A DNA stretch of 64,000 nt from a bacterium (lineage in GTDB: Bacteria; UBA8248): positions 160,001 to 224,000 of the forward strand of contig CBDATS010000002.1 of the NCBI GenBank assembly GCA_965200245.1, read 5' to 3'. Shown here in pieces: positions 1 to 12,055 of this stretch. The translations under genes were made by a program, and so were the position numbers. Below the pieces are notes generated by a model. That model ran no database searches. It was not told the DNA's origin and worked only from the letters and a program-made list of their open reading frames with translations. Numbering within the stretch: position 1 is the first letter of the stretch; each line of letters begins with the position of its first letter.

Positions 1-1876
<1,876 letters not shown>

Positions 1877-1908
1877 GATCACTCTCGTTCGTGTCAGACA
1901 AACTTCCG

Positions 1909-3093
1909 CTACAGCTTGCGCACATGGGTGATGCGCCCTTTTCTCCGGTATATCCTCGGCACGCGCACGCCCACTCCGCACATGATTTCATAGGGTATCG
2001 TTTCGGCCCTGACGGCCAACTCCTCGCAATTGACTGTGCCGCCTCCCTGCCTGCCCAAGAGGACGACCTCATCCCCGGGTGCGATGTTTTCGATTTTCGT
2101 CACGTCGAGCGCCAACATGTCCATGGATACGCGTCCTGCCGCCGGAACACGCATACCGCCGACCAGCGCATCCGTGCGATTTGAAAGAATGCGCGGATAG
2201 CCGTCTCCATACCCTGCTGCCACGATCGCAACTCGTCCGGGCGAACTCCTCTTGTAGGTTCCGCCGTAGCCTACAGTCTGGCCTGTGTTGATTTCTTTCA
2301 CCTGCAACACCCTTGCGGCCCACGTCATGGCGCATGTCAGGGCCAAACTCTTTGAAAACTGCGGCGAGGAGCCGTACATTGCGATGCCCAGACGCACCAG
2401 ATTGCCAGGTGCGTGGGGATAATTCAATAAACCCGCGCTGTTCGCCATGTGGATGCGGGGGGGAAGCAGGTTCTTCTCACTGAGTGAACAGATGAGCGCC
2501 TCCATCTCGCGAATCTGCGCCCCGGTAGCCATTTTTCCTTCCTCTTCGTCCGCGCTGGCGAAATGGCTCATCAGCCCTGCGACTTCAACTCCCTCCAGCC
2601 TGGAAGTCCTCTCGATGAAATCGGAGGCTTCCACCGGGCGCAATCCCAGACGCCCCATTCCCGAATCCACTTTGATGTGAACTCTCGCCTTCACACCCGC
2701 GTTCCTCGCCGCACTTGCCAAGGCTTCCACCTGCTCCATGTGCCAGACGGCGGCGTCACAGTGTGCCTCTACAAGCCTTTCCGCGTTATACGCCAAGGTA
2801 TCGCTCAGCACCAATATCCTCGCATCGGCGAAACCGTCGCCTCCCACACAACCACGCTCTTTGCGGAGCGCCTCCGCCTCCTCGACCGCCGCCACACCGA
2901 ACCACCTGGCACCCGCCTCATATACCGAGCGGGCCACCTCGACTCCCCCATGCCCGTAGCCTTCGGCCTTCACGACGGCGAGCGGCTCCTGTGAATGAAG
3001 CAGATTCGTCAGGCTAATATAATTCCGAATCAGGATATCCAGATCGATGAGAACCGCGTTCCGATATCCAGACGGCAGGAAATGTTCGCTCAA
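1909..3093 (-). CDS. alr: Alanine racemase
   Basis: AVVKAEGYGHG PLP-lysine motif, KVDSGMGRLG, GRVSMD, TIPYEI; follows dnaB as is common. Confidence 0.96.
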   Translation of the reverse strand: MSEHFLPSGYRNAVLIDLDILIRNYISLTNLLHSQEPLAVVKAEGYGHGGVEVARSVYEAGARWFGVAAVEEAEALRKERGCVGGDGFADARILVLSDTLAYNAERLVEAHCDAAVWHMEQVEALASAARNAGVKARVHIKVDSGMGRLGLRPVEASDFIERTSRLEGVEVAGLMSHFASADEEEGKMATGAQIREMEALICSLSEKNLLPPRIHMANSAGLLNYPHAPGNLVRLGIAMYGSSPQFSKSLALTCAMTWAARVLQVKEINTGQTVGYGGTYKRSSPGRVAIVAAGYGDGYPRILSNRTDALVGGMRVPAAGRVSMDMLALDVTKIENIAPGDEVVLLGRQGGGTVNCEELAVRAETIPYEIMCGVGVRVPRIYRRKGRITHVRKL

Positions 3094-3135
3094 AAAGAAG
3101 GCCCCACTATTGGAGACGTCTTCGACGCTCCGCCG

Positions 3136-4572
3136 CTAGAACGTTTCATTTCCCTCGGGTAGGCCCGGCTCCATATCTTGCAAACCTACGGCCGCACCCT
3201 CGTGGTACGTGTCCACGTTGACGAAGCGGGCGTAGTCGGGAAAAAACTTGAGTTCAAACTCGCCTGTCGGTCCATTACGCTGTTTGGCAAGAATGACGGT
3301 GGCAAGCCCCTTGTTGTCAGTATTGGGATCGTAATACTCCTCACGATACAATAAGGCCACGACATCCGCGTCCTGTTCTATCGAGCCTGACTCGCGCAAA
3401 TCGGCCAAGTTGGGACGCTTGCCCTCCCTCGACTCCACCGCTCGCGACAACTGGCTCAAGGCCACGACGGGCACCTTGAGTTCTTTCGCCAGGCCTTTCA
3501 GCCCCCGGGATATCTCGCTAATCTCGCGGTGGCGCTCCATGTCACGTCCCCTGTGGTGCAGGAGCTGGAGATAATCGACCACCACAAGGCCGAGTCCCTG
3601 ATCCGCCTGGATGCGGCGGCATTTCGCGCGGATGTCGAATACGGACAAATCCGTGGCGTCGTCCACGTAGATGGAAGCCTCCGAGAGTTCGCCCGCGCTG
3701 CGAATCAAGGCCGGCCACTTCTGGGAGGGCATGTAGCCGCTCTGAAGCTGCCTGGAATTCACCATGGCGCGGCCGCACATCATGCGAATGGCCAAAGAGC
3801 GCGCGCTCATTTCAAGGCTGAATATCGCCGTGTGGGTGGGGGGGTTCGCCGCCAGGGCGGCGTGCTCGGCGATACAAAGCGCGAACGCCGTCTTCCCCAT
3901 GCTGGGACGGCCTGCGACGATAATCAGTTCCCCGGGCTGCAAGCCACTCGTCAACTTGTCCATGTCGGTAAATCCTGTTGGCACGCCGGTAACGAGTTCC
4001 TTGCGGTCGTAGAGTTCTTCAATGTAGGGGAACGTTTCCTTGATAATGTCCCGCATCCCCTCCACACTTTGCTGGTAACGGCCGGACGAGACTTCCAGCA
4101 TCGCGCGTTCGGCATCGTCCACGAGGGCGTCCACGTCCTCCTCGTCCGAGAACGCCCTCTGCGCGATGGCGTTCGAGGTGTGTATGAGTTCTCTGAGCAG
4201 CGCCGTTTTTCTTATGAGTATCGCATGGGCTTGAGCGCGCCTGGCACTGGAGACGTCATCCGCGAGGCGCGCGACGTATTCGGGACCGCCCGCGGTATCG
4301 AGCGTACCTGCCTTCTTCAGGGCATCGGCCAGAGTGAGCAGATCGATGGACTCTGCTTTCTCGAAGAGGCCGATCATGCTCTCGTAAATCACGCGGTGAC
4401 TCATGCGGTAGAAATGTTCCGGCCGCAATACCTCCATGACAGGTGCCACCATTTTGCCGTCCAGCAACAAGGCGCCCAGAACGCGCTGTTCGGCTTCTAT
4501 GTTTTGCGGGGGAAGATGGCCCGGCTGCTCGGACCGCTCATTACGATTGGAGGTGCTCACATCAAGACCCAA
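3136..4572 (-). CDS. dnaB: Replicative DNA helicase
   Basis: PPQNIEAEQ, GRPSMGKT, VDYLQL, DLRESGSIEQDAD, KQRNGPTG; no intein. Start may be GTG at 4560. Confidence 0.98.
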   Translation of the reverse strand: MGLDVSTSNRNERSEQPGHLPPQNIEAEQRVLGALLLDGKMVAPVMEVLRPEHFYRMSHRVIYESMIGLFEKAESIDLLTLADALKKAGTLDTAGGPEYVARLADDVSSARRAQAHAILIRKTALLRELIHTSNAIAQRAFSDEEDVDALVDDAERAMLEVSSGRYQQSVEGMRDIIKETFPYIEELYDRKELVTGVPTGFTDMDKLTSGLQPGELIIVAGRPSMGKTAFALCIAEHAALAANPPTHTAIFSLEMSARSLAIRMMCGRAMVNSRQLQSGYMPSQKWPALIRSAGELSEASIYVDDATDLSVFDIRAKCRRIQADQGLGLVVVDYLQLLHHRGRDMERHREISEISRGLKGLAKELKVPVVALSQLSRAVESREGKRPNLADLRESGSIEQDADVVALLYREEYYDPNTDNKGLATVILAKQRNGPTGEFELKFFPDYARFVNVDTYHEGAAVGLQDMEPGLPEGNETF

Positions 4573-4667
4573 CGACGATTCAATGCAAAGAACGGGCGAG
4601 AAATTCAGATTACATCAGATGGAATAAATATCAAACCACGAAAAACCGAAAATTTCGGAACCAGACG

Positions 4668-4701
4668 AAAAAAGGGGCACCCATATTCGGCTGCCTCTTT
4701 C
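4668..4701 (-). terminator. Probable intrinsic terminator after rplI
   Basis: Minus strand reads GAAAGAGGCAGCC-GAATAT-GGGTGCCCC-TTTTTT: an imperfect stem followed by a U-tract. Confidence 0.6.
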
Positions 4702-4762
4702 ATCCAGTTGATATTACTTGATTTGCAGATAAACGACGATAATGGACGCAGTGCGTGAAAGG

Positions 4763-5365
4763 CTATTCGGCCTTCTCTTCCTCGCCTTGGTCCTCTTGGC
4801 TCTCCTCAGACTCGCTCTCGGAAGCGACTGCCACAGCCTCAGACTCGGGTTCTGATTCGTCCTGCACCTCATCCCCAGCGACTACAGCTTCTTCCTCCTC
4901 GGCTTGAGCCTCCAGGGACGCCTCATCGGGCACCACCCTCACCTGCAAGGACGCTCTTACCTCCTCGTGCAGTCGAATGTCGACGTCATACGTGCCGACT
5001 CTCTTGATTGGTTCGTCCAGAAGGATTCTCCGGCGGTTCACCTCCAGACCTTTCTCCTTGAGAGCGTCTTCAAGCATCCGGTTGGTAACCGAACCGAACA
5101 GCCTGCCGTCAGTACCCACGCGCATCGAGAATTCGAGTTCCACGCCCGAGAATTCGCCCGCGAAATCCTGCGCACTCCTTTTTGCCGCCTGGATCTGCGC
5201 TTCGCGTAACCTTTGTTCGTGTTGCGTCGCGCGCACCGTGCTCGCCGTAGCGTGGAGTGCCATACCCTTGGGGATGAGATAGTTCAGCCCGTAACCGTCT
5301 GCTACTTCGACGATGTCTCCCACCTCGCCGAGATGCTCGACATCCTTACGCAAAATCAAGCGCAT
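4763..5365 (-). CDS. rplI: 50S ribosomal protein L9 with an acidic C-terminal tail
   Basis: MRLILRKDVEHLGEVGDIVEVADGYGLNYLIP, GRLFGSVT; ~50-aa Glu-rich tail. Confidence 0.97.
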   Translation of the reverse strand: MRLILRKDVEHLGEVGDIVEVADGYGLNYLIPKGMALHATASTVRATQHEQRLREAQIQAAKRSAQDFAGEFSGVELEFSMRVGTDGRLFGSVTNRMLEDALKEKGLEVNRRRILLDEPIKRVGTYDVDIRLHEEVRASLQVRVVPDEASLEAQAEEEEAVVAGDEVQDESEPESEAVAVASESESEESQEDQGEEEKAE

Positions 5366-5382
5366 CGTTCAATATCTCCGAC

Positions 5383-5652
5383 TTATGAATGGTCTACAGT
5401 GTAGGGCATCAACGCCATGTAGCGTGCGCGCTTGATTGCCGTCGTCAACTGCCGCTGGAAACGCGCGGACGTACCCGTCACGCGGCGGGGAATGATTTTC
5501 CCCCGCTCGCTCACCATGTTTCGAAGCGTTTTCACGTCCTTGTAGTCGATATATGCCACGCCATCTGCCATGAAGCGGCACACCTTCTTTCGCTGGAAAC
5601 GCTTTTTTCTTCTTTTCTTCTTATCGCCGAACCCACGGGGAACAAGCGCCAT
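5383..5652 (-). CDS. rpsR: 30S ribosomal protein S18 (Zn-ligand-deficient type)
   Basis: [31 protein letters not shown]. Confidence 0.98.
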   Translation of the reverse strand: MALVPRGFGDKKKRRKKRFQRKKVCRFMADGVAYIDYKDVKTLRNMVSERGKIIPRRVTGTSARFQRQLTTAIKRARYMALMPYTVDHS

Positions 5653-5686
5653 GTTTACCTCCTAAACGGACCAAAGGGTCTCAAAA

Positions 5687-6106
5687 TCAAAACGGGATAT
5701 CGTCATCCATCATGGGCGAATCCTGTGGCGGTGCGTAGGATTCCGTGTTCCTCGGTGCGCCGCCACCTGACATTTCGGCTCGGGTAGAGAGGAAATGGAT
5801 GTTGTTCGCCACCACTTCATGCTTGCTGCGCCTGGAGCCGTCCTGCGCTTCCCAAGAGCGAAAATTCAGACGGCCTTCGACGACGAGCGGACTGCCCTTG
5901 CTCGTCTGCTCCATCACCCAGTCGCCCTGCCTGCCATAGACCACCACATCCACGAAACACGTATCCTCTTTCCATTCATCTCCGCTGCGATACCGCCGAT
6001 TGACTGCGAGACCGAAAGAAACCACCGAGTTCCCGGAAGGCAGAAACCGCTTTTCGGGATCGCGCGTCATGTTGCCCCGCAGATAAACGGAGTTCATCTG
6101 TGCCAT
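5687..6106 (-). CDS. ssb: Single-stranded DNA-binding protein
   Basis: MNSVYLRGNMTRDPE, VEGRL, C-terminal DDDIPF; sits in rpsF-ssb-rpsR. Start set at ATG 6106. Confidence 0.97.
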   Translation of the reverse strand: MAQMNSVYLRGNMTRDPEKRFLPSGNSVVSFGLAVNRRYRSGDEWKEDTCFVDVVVYGRQGDWVMEQTSKGSPLVVEGRLNFRSWEAQDGSRRSKHEVVANNIHFLSTRAEMSGGGAPRNTESYAPPQDSPMMDDDIPF

Positions 6107-6122
6107 AACGATTTCCCCGCGC

Positions 6123-6536
6123 TTATGAGTTGCCCGAAGATGCGGAGCCGGAACGCCCTTTGGAAGAATCGCCTTCGCCGCCCTCTGAAACACTCTCTTT
6201 TTCCCTGGCGGCCGCGCTTTTTGCGTTTTTCTCGATCTTTCTCATCAGTGCTTCGTCCATTCGCACGGTCATATAGCGCCACGTCTCCTCATCGATCCGC
6301 ATATCGCGTTCGATTTCAGCCACCACAGGCGGCTCCGAATGATACGTGACGATGAAATAGATGCCGTGACGCTGGCGGTTGATGGGATAGGCAAGGCGCT
6401 TCTTGCCCCACCTGTCCACATTCAGGATTTCTCCGCCCTTATCGGTCACCTTCTTTTCAAAACCGGAGATTTTCTCATCCACGGTTTCATCGGTGAGATC
6501 GGGGGACAGTAAAACCATTGTTTCATATTGTCTCAT
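6123..6536 (-). CDS. rpsF: 30S ribosomal protein S6
   Basis: MRQYETMVLL, WGKKRLAYPI. Confidence 0.97.
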   Translation of the reverse strand: MRQYETMVLLSPDLTDETVDEKISGFEKKVTDKGGEILNVDRWGKKRLAYPINRQRHGIYFIVTYHSEPPVVAEIERDMRIDEETWRYMTVRMDEALMRKIEKNAKSAAAREKESVSEGGEGDSSKGRSGSASSGNS

Positions 6537-6540
6537 TCAA

Positions 6541-6594
6541 TCCTCCTCCCGGACTGAGCGGCCCCGGTCATCGCGCCGACCGAAGCGAGGAGCC
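6541..6594 (-). promoter_or_regulatory. S6:S18-binding rpsF leader RNA (autoregulatory element)
   Basis: Minus strand GGCTCCTCGC-TTCGGTC-ggcgcgat-GACCGGG-GCCGC-TCAGTCCG-GGAGGAGGA. CTCCTC can pair with the SD (GAGGAG); an inner hairpin is followed by an unpaired CCG, the known layout of this leader. Confidence 0.7.
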
Positions 6595-6694
6595 TGTAAT
6601 CTGGCCAGAGGATATCACACAAGCCCCCCGGCGGGCCATAGCGACTTGCAATAGAAGCCGCAAACATTTCACCTTTGCACAAACTTCGCTTTCG

Positions 6695-8692
6695 CTAGAA
6701 AAGCGGTGCCAACACGAGAGAGACGATGGACATCAACTTGATCAGGATGTTCATCGAAGGACCCGAGGTGTCCTTCATCGGGTCTCCCACTGTATCTCCG
6801 ACGACCGCGGCCTTGTGGGCCTCCGAGCCCTTGCCGCCGAGTTTGCCGTCTTCAATCTCTTTTTTTGCATTATCCCATGCGCCACCCGCATTCGCCATGA
6901 GCAAGGCGACGAGAACACCCGAGAGCAAAGCGCCGGCCAACATGCCGCCCAGAGCCTCCTTGCCCATCAGATATCCCACCAAGATGGGCGCGACGACGGC
7001 CACGACACCGGGGAGCACCATCTCCTTGAGAGCGGCCTGGGTGCTGATGTCGATGCAGCGCGCGCTGTCGGGATCCGCCGTCCCTTCCATGATGCCGGGA
7101 ATCTCGCGGAACTGACGTCTGATCTCCTGAATCATGATGAACGCGGCCTTGCCGACGGATTTCATGGTGAGTGCACCGATGAGGAACGGAATCGCCCCGC
7201 CGATGAACATGCCAGCGACCACCTTCGCCTCGGTGAGGTTGATCTGCTGCAGGTCGGCCGCTTTCGTGTACGCAGCGTAGAAGGCCAGCGCCGTCAGCGC
7301 GGCGGAGCCGATGGCGAATCCCTTGCCGATGGCTGCCGTGGTGTTGCCCAGTGCATCGAGACCGTCTGTGATCTTGCGTGTCTCCGGCCCCAACTCGCTC
7401 ATTTCCGTGATTCCACCCGCGTTGTCTGCAATCGGTCCATACGCATCGACCGACATCGTGATGCCGATGGTCGCGAGCATACCCACGGCTGCAATGGAGA
7501 TGCCATAAAGCCCCGCCCAGCCGTTCGAGACCAGGGTAACAATGGCCAATACGATCAGGGGAGCACATACGCTCTCGAGACCCACGGCGAAACCGCCGAT
7601 GATGTTCGTCGCCACCCCGGTTTCGGACGCGGCGACGATTTCGCCGACGGGTTTCCCGCCCGTTCCGGTGTAGTACTCGGTGAGCCAGCCGATAAGAATA
7701 CCACCTGCCGCACCGAAGAGAATCGAGCCGAACACACCCATGTTCAATCCCAATGTGTTCGTGACGAAAAACGCCAGGATGATGAATATAATCGTCGCGA
7801 TTCCGGTAGCGCTCCTGAGCGCGACGGCGGGGTTTTTCGAGGCCAGCACCTTCATCGAGGCGATGCCGACCGAAGAAGCGATGAGACCCATCATGGCGAG
7901 CAATACTGGAAGCGCCATCGCCGCCGAACTGTTGGCGCCCAAGATCGTACCGACAGTCGAGCCGATGAATATCGTAGAAATAATGGCTCCGACGTAGGAT
8001 TCGAACAGGTCGGCCCCCATGCCGGCAACATCGCCCACGCAGTCGCCTACGTTGTCGGCGATGACGGCAGGATTCCTCGGGTCGTCCTCGGGGATGTTCG
8101 CCTCCACCTTGCCGACGAGGTCTGCGCCCACATCTGCCGTTTTCGTGAAAATACCGCCGCCCACACGCGCGAACAACGCGATGGAACTCGCACCCATCGA
8201 AAAGCCGTTGATGATGGTCACGTTCGTAGCATTTTTGAGCACATCGAAATACCAGAACAGCGCACCCACGCCCAGAAGACCCAGGCTCGCGACGGAAAGA
8301 CCCATGACAGTTCCGCCGAAGAACGCCATGGAGAGCGCCCCCTCCTGTCCAGCACCGGAGTTCGCCGCTGCCGCCGTTCGCACGTTCGCCTTCGTGGCAG
8401 AGTTCATCCCGAAGAATCCGGCAAGAACCGAGCAAATGGCCCCGACGATGAAGGCGACGCCCGTTTTCGCGGATATGGCGACACTCAGAAGTACGAATAC
8501 GACCACAACAAATATGGCGAGAATCTTGTATTCCCTCTTCAGGAACACCATTGCGCCTTCGTGAATCTGGCTGGCGAGTTTACGCATCAACTCGTTGCCG
8601 TCGGATTGTTTTGAAATCCAGGCGAAAATCGCCCCCGCCAGGATCAACCCCGCAATCCCGAAGATTGCGGCCATGTTTGAAAAAGCAACCAT
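6695..8692 (-). CDS. hppA: Membrane-bound pyrophosphatase, K+-dependent, probably Na+-translocating
   Basis: [22 protein letters not shown] (Ala marks K+-dependence), GADLFESY (Glu at the Na+-PPase position), [14 protein letters not shown]. Confidence 0.95.
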   Translation of the reverse strand: MVAFSNMAAIFGIAGLILAGAIFAWISKQSDGNELMRKLASQIHEGAMVFLKREYKILAIFVVVVFVLLSVAISAKTGVAFIVGAICSVLAGFFGMNSATKANVRTAAAANSGAGQEGALSMAFFGGTVMGLSVASLGLLGVGALFWYFDVLKNATNVTIINGFSMGASSIALFARVGGGIFTKTADVGADLVGKVEANIPEDDPRNPAVIADNVGDCVGDVAGMGADLFESYVGAIISTIFIGSTVGTILGANSSAAMALPVLLAMMGLIASSVGIASMKVLASKNPAVALRSATGIATIIFIILAFFVTNTLGLNMGVFGSILFGAAGGILIGWLTEYYTGTGGKPVGEIVAASETGVATNIIGGFAVGLESVCAPLIVLAIVTLVSNGWAGLYGISIAAVGMLATIGITMSVDAYGPIADNAGGITEMSELGPETRKITDGLDALGNTTAAIGKGFAIGSAALTALAFYAAYTKAADLQQINLTEAKVVAGMFIGGAIPFLIGALTMKSVGKAAFIMIQEIRRQFREIPGIMEGTADPDSARCIDISTQAALKEMVLPGVVAVVAPILVGYLMGKEALGGMLAGALLSGVLVALLMANAGGAWDNAKKEIEDGKLGGKGSEAHKAAVVGDTVGDPMKDTSGPSMNILIKLMSIVSLVLAPLF

Positions 8693-8774
8693 TATCTCCC
8701 TTTCCTCCTCCTCACGGGCTGTTTAGCAAGAGGTATTCAGATGGACTTTCAATTTCGAAATGATTGAGACGGGT

Positions 8775-9317
8775 TCAGGATCTCACGCCGATGACAAAAT
8801 AAACCGCCCTTTGCACCGCCTCCTCCACAACAGGTTCCACCGCATTGAGTTCATGATCGAGAAAAGAATCCAGCAGCCAGTCCGCTCCGTTCACTCCGCG
8901 CGGCGGTCTGCCCACCCCGATGCGCAATCGGCAAAACGCGTCCGTTCCCAGTGAGTGGATAACGCTGCCGACCCCGTGATGGCCCGCGTCTCCACCCGAT
9001 TTTTTGAACTTCAAACGACCGAGCTCGATATCCATGTCGTCGTGCATCACGAGCAGGTCTTCCGGCCCCAGCCCTTCTCCGAGCATGAGGGATTTCACGG
9101 CCTTGCCGCTTAGATTCATGAACGTTTGAGGCTTCGCGAGTATGAACTTCCAGCCCCTGAGCGATCCGCTCCCCAGGATGGAATGGTGTTTCGAATCATT
9201 CATCGAAACGCGATGGGCGCTGGCCATCCTGTCCACCGCCCAAAAGCCCAGATTGTGCCTCGTCAACGCATATTCTGTGCCGGGGTTACCCAGACCGACT
9301 ATCAAGGCAGCAGCCAT
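8775..9317 (-). CDS. pth: Peptidyl-tRNA hydrolase
   Basis: LIVGLGNPG, TRHNLGF, KPQTFMNLSG, RLRIGVGRP. Confidence 0.97.
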   Translation of the reverse strand: MAAALIVGLGNPGTEYALTRHNLGFWAVDRMASAHRVSMNDSKHHSILGSGSLRGWKFILAKPQTFMNLSGKAVKSLMLGEGLGPEDLLVMHDDMDIELGRLKFKKSGGDAGHHGVGSVIHSLGTDAFCRLRIGVGRPPRGVNGADWLLDSFLDHELNAVEPVVEEAVQRAVYFVIGVRS

Positions 9318-9361
9318 CCGATCCTCCCAGCCTCATATTCTCACACTCACCGCAAGAACCG

Positions 9362-10036
9362 CTAAGGAGAAGATTCAGCCGCCTGCTCCCCCTCATTGGC
9401 AAGAGCCTCGCCCTCGGGCGTGTCACCTTCCCCGGATTCGGCACCGACCAGTTCATCCTCGACCTCTCCTTCCTCTTGCACGGGTACCATGATCGTCAGG
9501 ACGGGGTCGTCGGGATCAGCCACCAGTTCGACGCCTTCGGGAAGCTGCAAATCGTGCACGTGGAGAACATCCCCGATGTTCATTTCGGAAATATCGACCT
9601 CAATGTACTGTGGCATGGCGTTCGGGAGACACTCAATTTCCAGTTCGCGGAGCATTTGGGAAATCGTTCCGCCCATTTTCTCTCCGGGTGACTCGCCCGA
9701 CAAAGTGAGAGGCGCGGCGATCTGGATTTTTTCGTCCATCCGGATTTCCAGAAAATCCGCATGGATGATGTCCCCTCTCATCGGGTCGCGCTGAAGTTCC
9801 TTTACGATCACCGGACGATCAGGTGCCGCTTCCCCCTCGAAGTTCAACTGAAAGACGACGTTGATGCCCGCCCCCGTGCCGAGCAAGGTTTCCAACTCCT
9901 TCGGCGGAATGCTCAACGGCGTGGAGACCCCTATACCGTAGACTACGCCCGGTATCTTTCCGGCCCTTCTCACAGCACGGGCGCCGCTCTTTCCCGTTTG
10001 CGCTCTTTTATCCACAACAAGAGACAGATTTTCCAT
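9362..10036 (-). CDS. rplY: 50S ribosomal protein L25 / general stress protein Ctc
   Basis: GKIPGVVYG, ELQRDP, HADF, Ctc-length C-terminal domain; in prs-rplY-pth. Confidence 0.96.
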   Translation of the reverse strand: MENLSLVVDKRAQTGKSGARAVRRAGKIPGVVYGIGVSTPLSIPPKELETLLGTGAGINVVFQLNFEGEAAPDRPVIVKELQRDPMRGDIIHADFLEIRMDEKIQIAAPLTLSGESPGEKMGGTISQMLRELEIECLPNAMPQYIEVDISEMNIGDVLHVHDLQLPEGVELVADPDDPVLTIMVPVQEEGEVEDELVGAESGEGDTPEGEALANEGEQAAESSP

Positions 10037-10069
10037 TTTTCACTCCAGAAATACCCTTGATAGGTAAAG

Positions 10070-11014
10070 TTATTCGAACAAACTGCTCACGGAGGCATTC
10101 TCGTGTATCCGGCGAATCGCCTCGGCCAAAAGCCTCCCCACCTCCAAAACCTTGATGCGGGAGCAGGTTTTCGCTTTATCCGAAAGCGGTATCGAATCGC
10201 TCACCACCAACTCGACTATGCTCGAATTCTCGATTCTCTCGACCGCCGGACCCGACAAGACCGCGTGTGTGCAGCATGCATACACCTGACGCGCGCCCGC
10301 CGCCATGAGCGCGTCGGCACCCTGACTCATAGTGCCCGCCGTGTCACAAAGGTCATCAATGACCAGGACATCGCACCCTTTCACGTCGCCGATGATGTTC
10401 ATGACTTCGGAGTGGTTCGCCCGTTCGCGACGCTTGTCGATGATGCCCAGGCTCGCGTTGAGTCTCCCCGCGTAGTCGCGGGCCCTCTCCACACCCCCGG
10501 CGTCGGGCGAGACAACCACGAGGTCTTTCAATTCCTTCTGCTTGAAATACTCGATCATGATGGGCGCCGAATACAGATGGTCCACGGGAATGTCGAAAAA
10601 TCCCTGTATCTGGCCTGCATGCAAATCCATGGCGATAACTCTGTCCGCTCCCGAGGCAGCCAACAGGTTCGCTACCAGCTTTGCGGTAATCGGCACTCTG
10701 GGCTGCACCTTTCTGTCTTGGCGTGCATATGCAAAATAGGGAATCACCGCCGTAATGCGCTCGGCGGAGGAGCGCCGAAACGCATCAAGCATGATGAGCA
10801 TTTCCATCAGGTTTGCATTGCCGGGACTGCACAGGCTCTGAACGACGAACACGTCCGCTCCCCGGATGTTCTCATGAATACGAACGAACGTTTCACCATC
10901 GCTGAAATCAATGATTTCTACCGAGCCGGGCCGAATGTACAGGGACTCGAAAATGCTCCGGTTCAGCGCGGGATTCGAACGCCCGCCGAATACCTTCAAC
11001 TGATGTCCGTTCAC
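10070..11014 (-). CDS. prs: Ribose-phosphate pyrophosphokinase
   Basis: FSDGE, YARQDRK, DLHAGQIQGFF, VSPDAGG, IDDLCDTAGT. Confidence 0.98.
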   Translation of the reverse strand: MNGHQLKVFGGRSNPALNRSIFESLYIRPGSVEIIDFSDGETFVRIHENIRGADVFVVQSLCSPGNANLMEMLIMLDAFRRSSAERITAVIPYFAYARQDRKVQPRVPITAKLVANLLAASGADRVIAMDLHAGQIQGFFDIPVDHLYSAPIMIEYFKQKELKDLVVVSPDAGGVERARDYAGRLNASLGIIDKRRERANHSEVMNIIGDVKGCDVLVIDDLCDTAGTMSQGADALMAAGARQVYACCTHAVLSGPAVERIENSSIVELVVSDSIPLSDKAKTCSRIKVLEVGRLLAEAIRRIHENASVSSLFE

Positions 11015-11158
11015 TGCTCCTGCTCACACAGTATTGTTAATTCAACCATAAAGGGCGATTTTTGATACTTGATTTTCAGGATGGAGGCAAGTGGTAAGAG
11101 GCGAAATTCTCTCCATTTCTCGTAATTTCAGAAATTTCATCTCTTTTTTCGATCATTT

Positions 11159-12049
11159 CTAGCGAAAACACCTCTCCTGCAGTGGAGCCGCGACGAAACA
11201 TTCGCAACCTTTTCCCTTTTTGCTCTTCACGATGCTGTCAGCCGCTTGCTCGGCTACTCCTTTCCGGCGAAAAAAACCAAAAACCGTGGATCCGCTTCCG
11301 CTCATCATCGCCCGTACGGCACCGTAGCGTAAGAGATCCTCGCACAGGTTCTCAAGCTGCCGGAATCTCGGGAAAACGATTTCTTGCAAGTCGTTGCCGT
11401 ATTCATACCGCCCGAGATGCGCAGGGCTTTTTTCCTTCTCGAAAGTGCGGCCTTCCTGGCCGAGCTGCTCACGGGACCAAGTATAGACATCTTGCGTGGA
11501 CAATGCGACGGGTGGCTTGACAAGCACGAACCAGCCGCTCTTCAAGGCATCTCTCGACTCGACACGCTCGCCCCGCCCCCGGCAGATAGCCGCAGGCCCG
11601 TGGAGAAAGAACGGAACGTCCGATCCGACCTCCGCGGCCACCTTGCAAAGCGCCACCCTGCGCATGCCAAGTCCCCAGGCCCGATTGAGCGCCCAAAGCA
11701 CTCCTGCAGCATTGCCACTCCCCCCGCCCAAGCCCGCACCGGCAGGGATGGACTTTTTCAAATAGATGCGCGCGCCCAGTCCCTTGCGTCCAGACGCCTC
11801 TCGCAAGGCTCTTGCCGCGCGGTGCACGACGTTCTGCCTGCCGTCCGGAACATCGTTCCTGTCCGCATACACAAGAATCCTCCCCCCGCCCGGTTCGATA
11901 CGGATCTCGTCATACAGCGAAATCTGCTGCATCCAGGTCACGATCTCGTGATAGCCATCGGCGCGCAGACCCAGAATCCGCAAGCGAAGGTTGAGTTTCG
12001 CGGGCGTTTTCAAGACTACGGGTTCGGGTACAGTTCGACAACTCGCCAA
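11159..12049 (-). CDS. ispE: 4-diphosphocytidyl-2-C-methyl-D-erythritol kinase
   Basis: PAKLNLRL, RADGYHEI, KSIPAGAGLGGGSGNAA, GSDVPFF, MSGSGS. Confidence 0.96.
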   Translation of the reverse strand: MASCRTVPEPVVLKTPAKLNLRLRILGLRADGYHEIVTWMQQISLYDEIRIEPGGGRILVYADRNDVPDGRQNVVHRAARALREASGRKGLGARIYLKKSIPAGAGLGGGSGNAAGVLWALNRAWGLGMRRVALCKVAAEVGSDVPFFLHGPAAICRGRGERVESRDALKSGWFVLVKPPVALSTQDVYTWSREQLGQEGRTFEKEKSPAHLGRYEYGNDLQEIVFPRFRQLENLCEDLLRYGAVRAMMSGSGSTVFGFFRRKGVAEQAADSIVKSKKGKGCECFVAAPLQERCFR

Positions 12050-12055
12050 AGGAGT

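Noticed and set aside
3094-3138. dnaB and alr are in frame across a TAG, as are ctpA and the methyltransferase-like gene (38732-38824)
   Set aside because: Both upstream proteins are complete and the fusions make no functional sense. Chance phase explains it, and it argues against genome-wide TAG recoding.
4763-4920. Acidic low-complexity tails on L9 and L25/Ctc
   Set aside because: Common in many bacteria; not a repeat array or a novelty.
6518-8614. 698-aa plus-strand ORF, and similar long antisense ORFs (3529-4758, 13497-14819, 14816-16222, 34086-35330, 61009-62133)
   Set aside because: They shadow well-identified genes on the other strand, have no motifs, and are expected from GC-rich codon usage.
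10008-10016. Perfect DnaA box TTATCCACA
   Set aside because: Single copy inside rplY coding sequence, with no box cluster or unwinding element; not an origin.
11015-11158. Possible tRNA-Gln between ispE and prs (CAAGTGGTAAG resembles a D-arm)
   Set aside because: It is on the wrong strand, with no T-arm GTTCRA and no cloverleaf. The tRNA often found here is absent.
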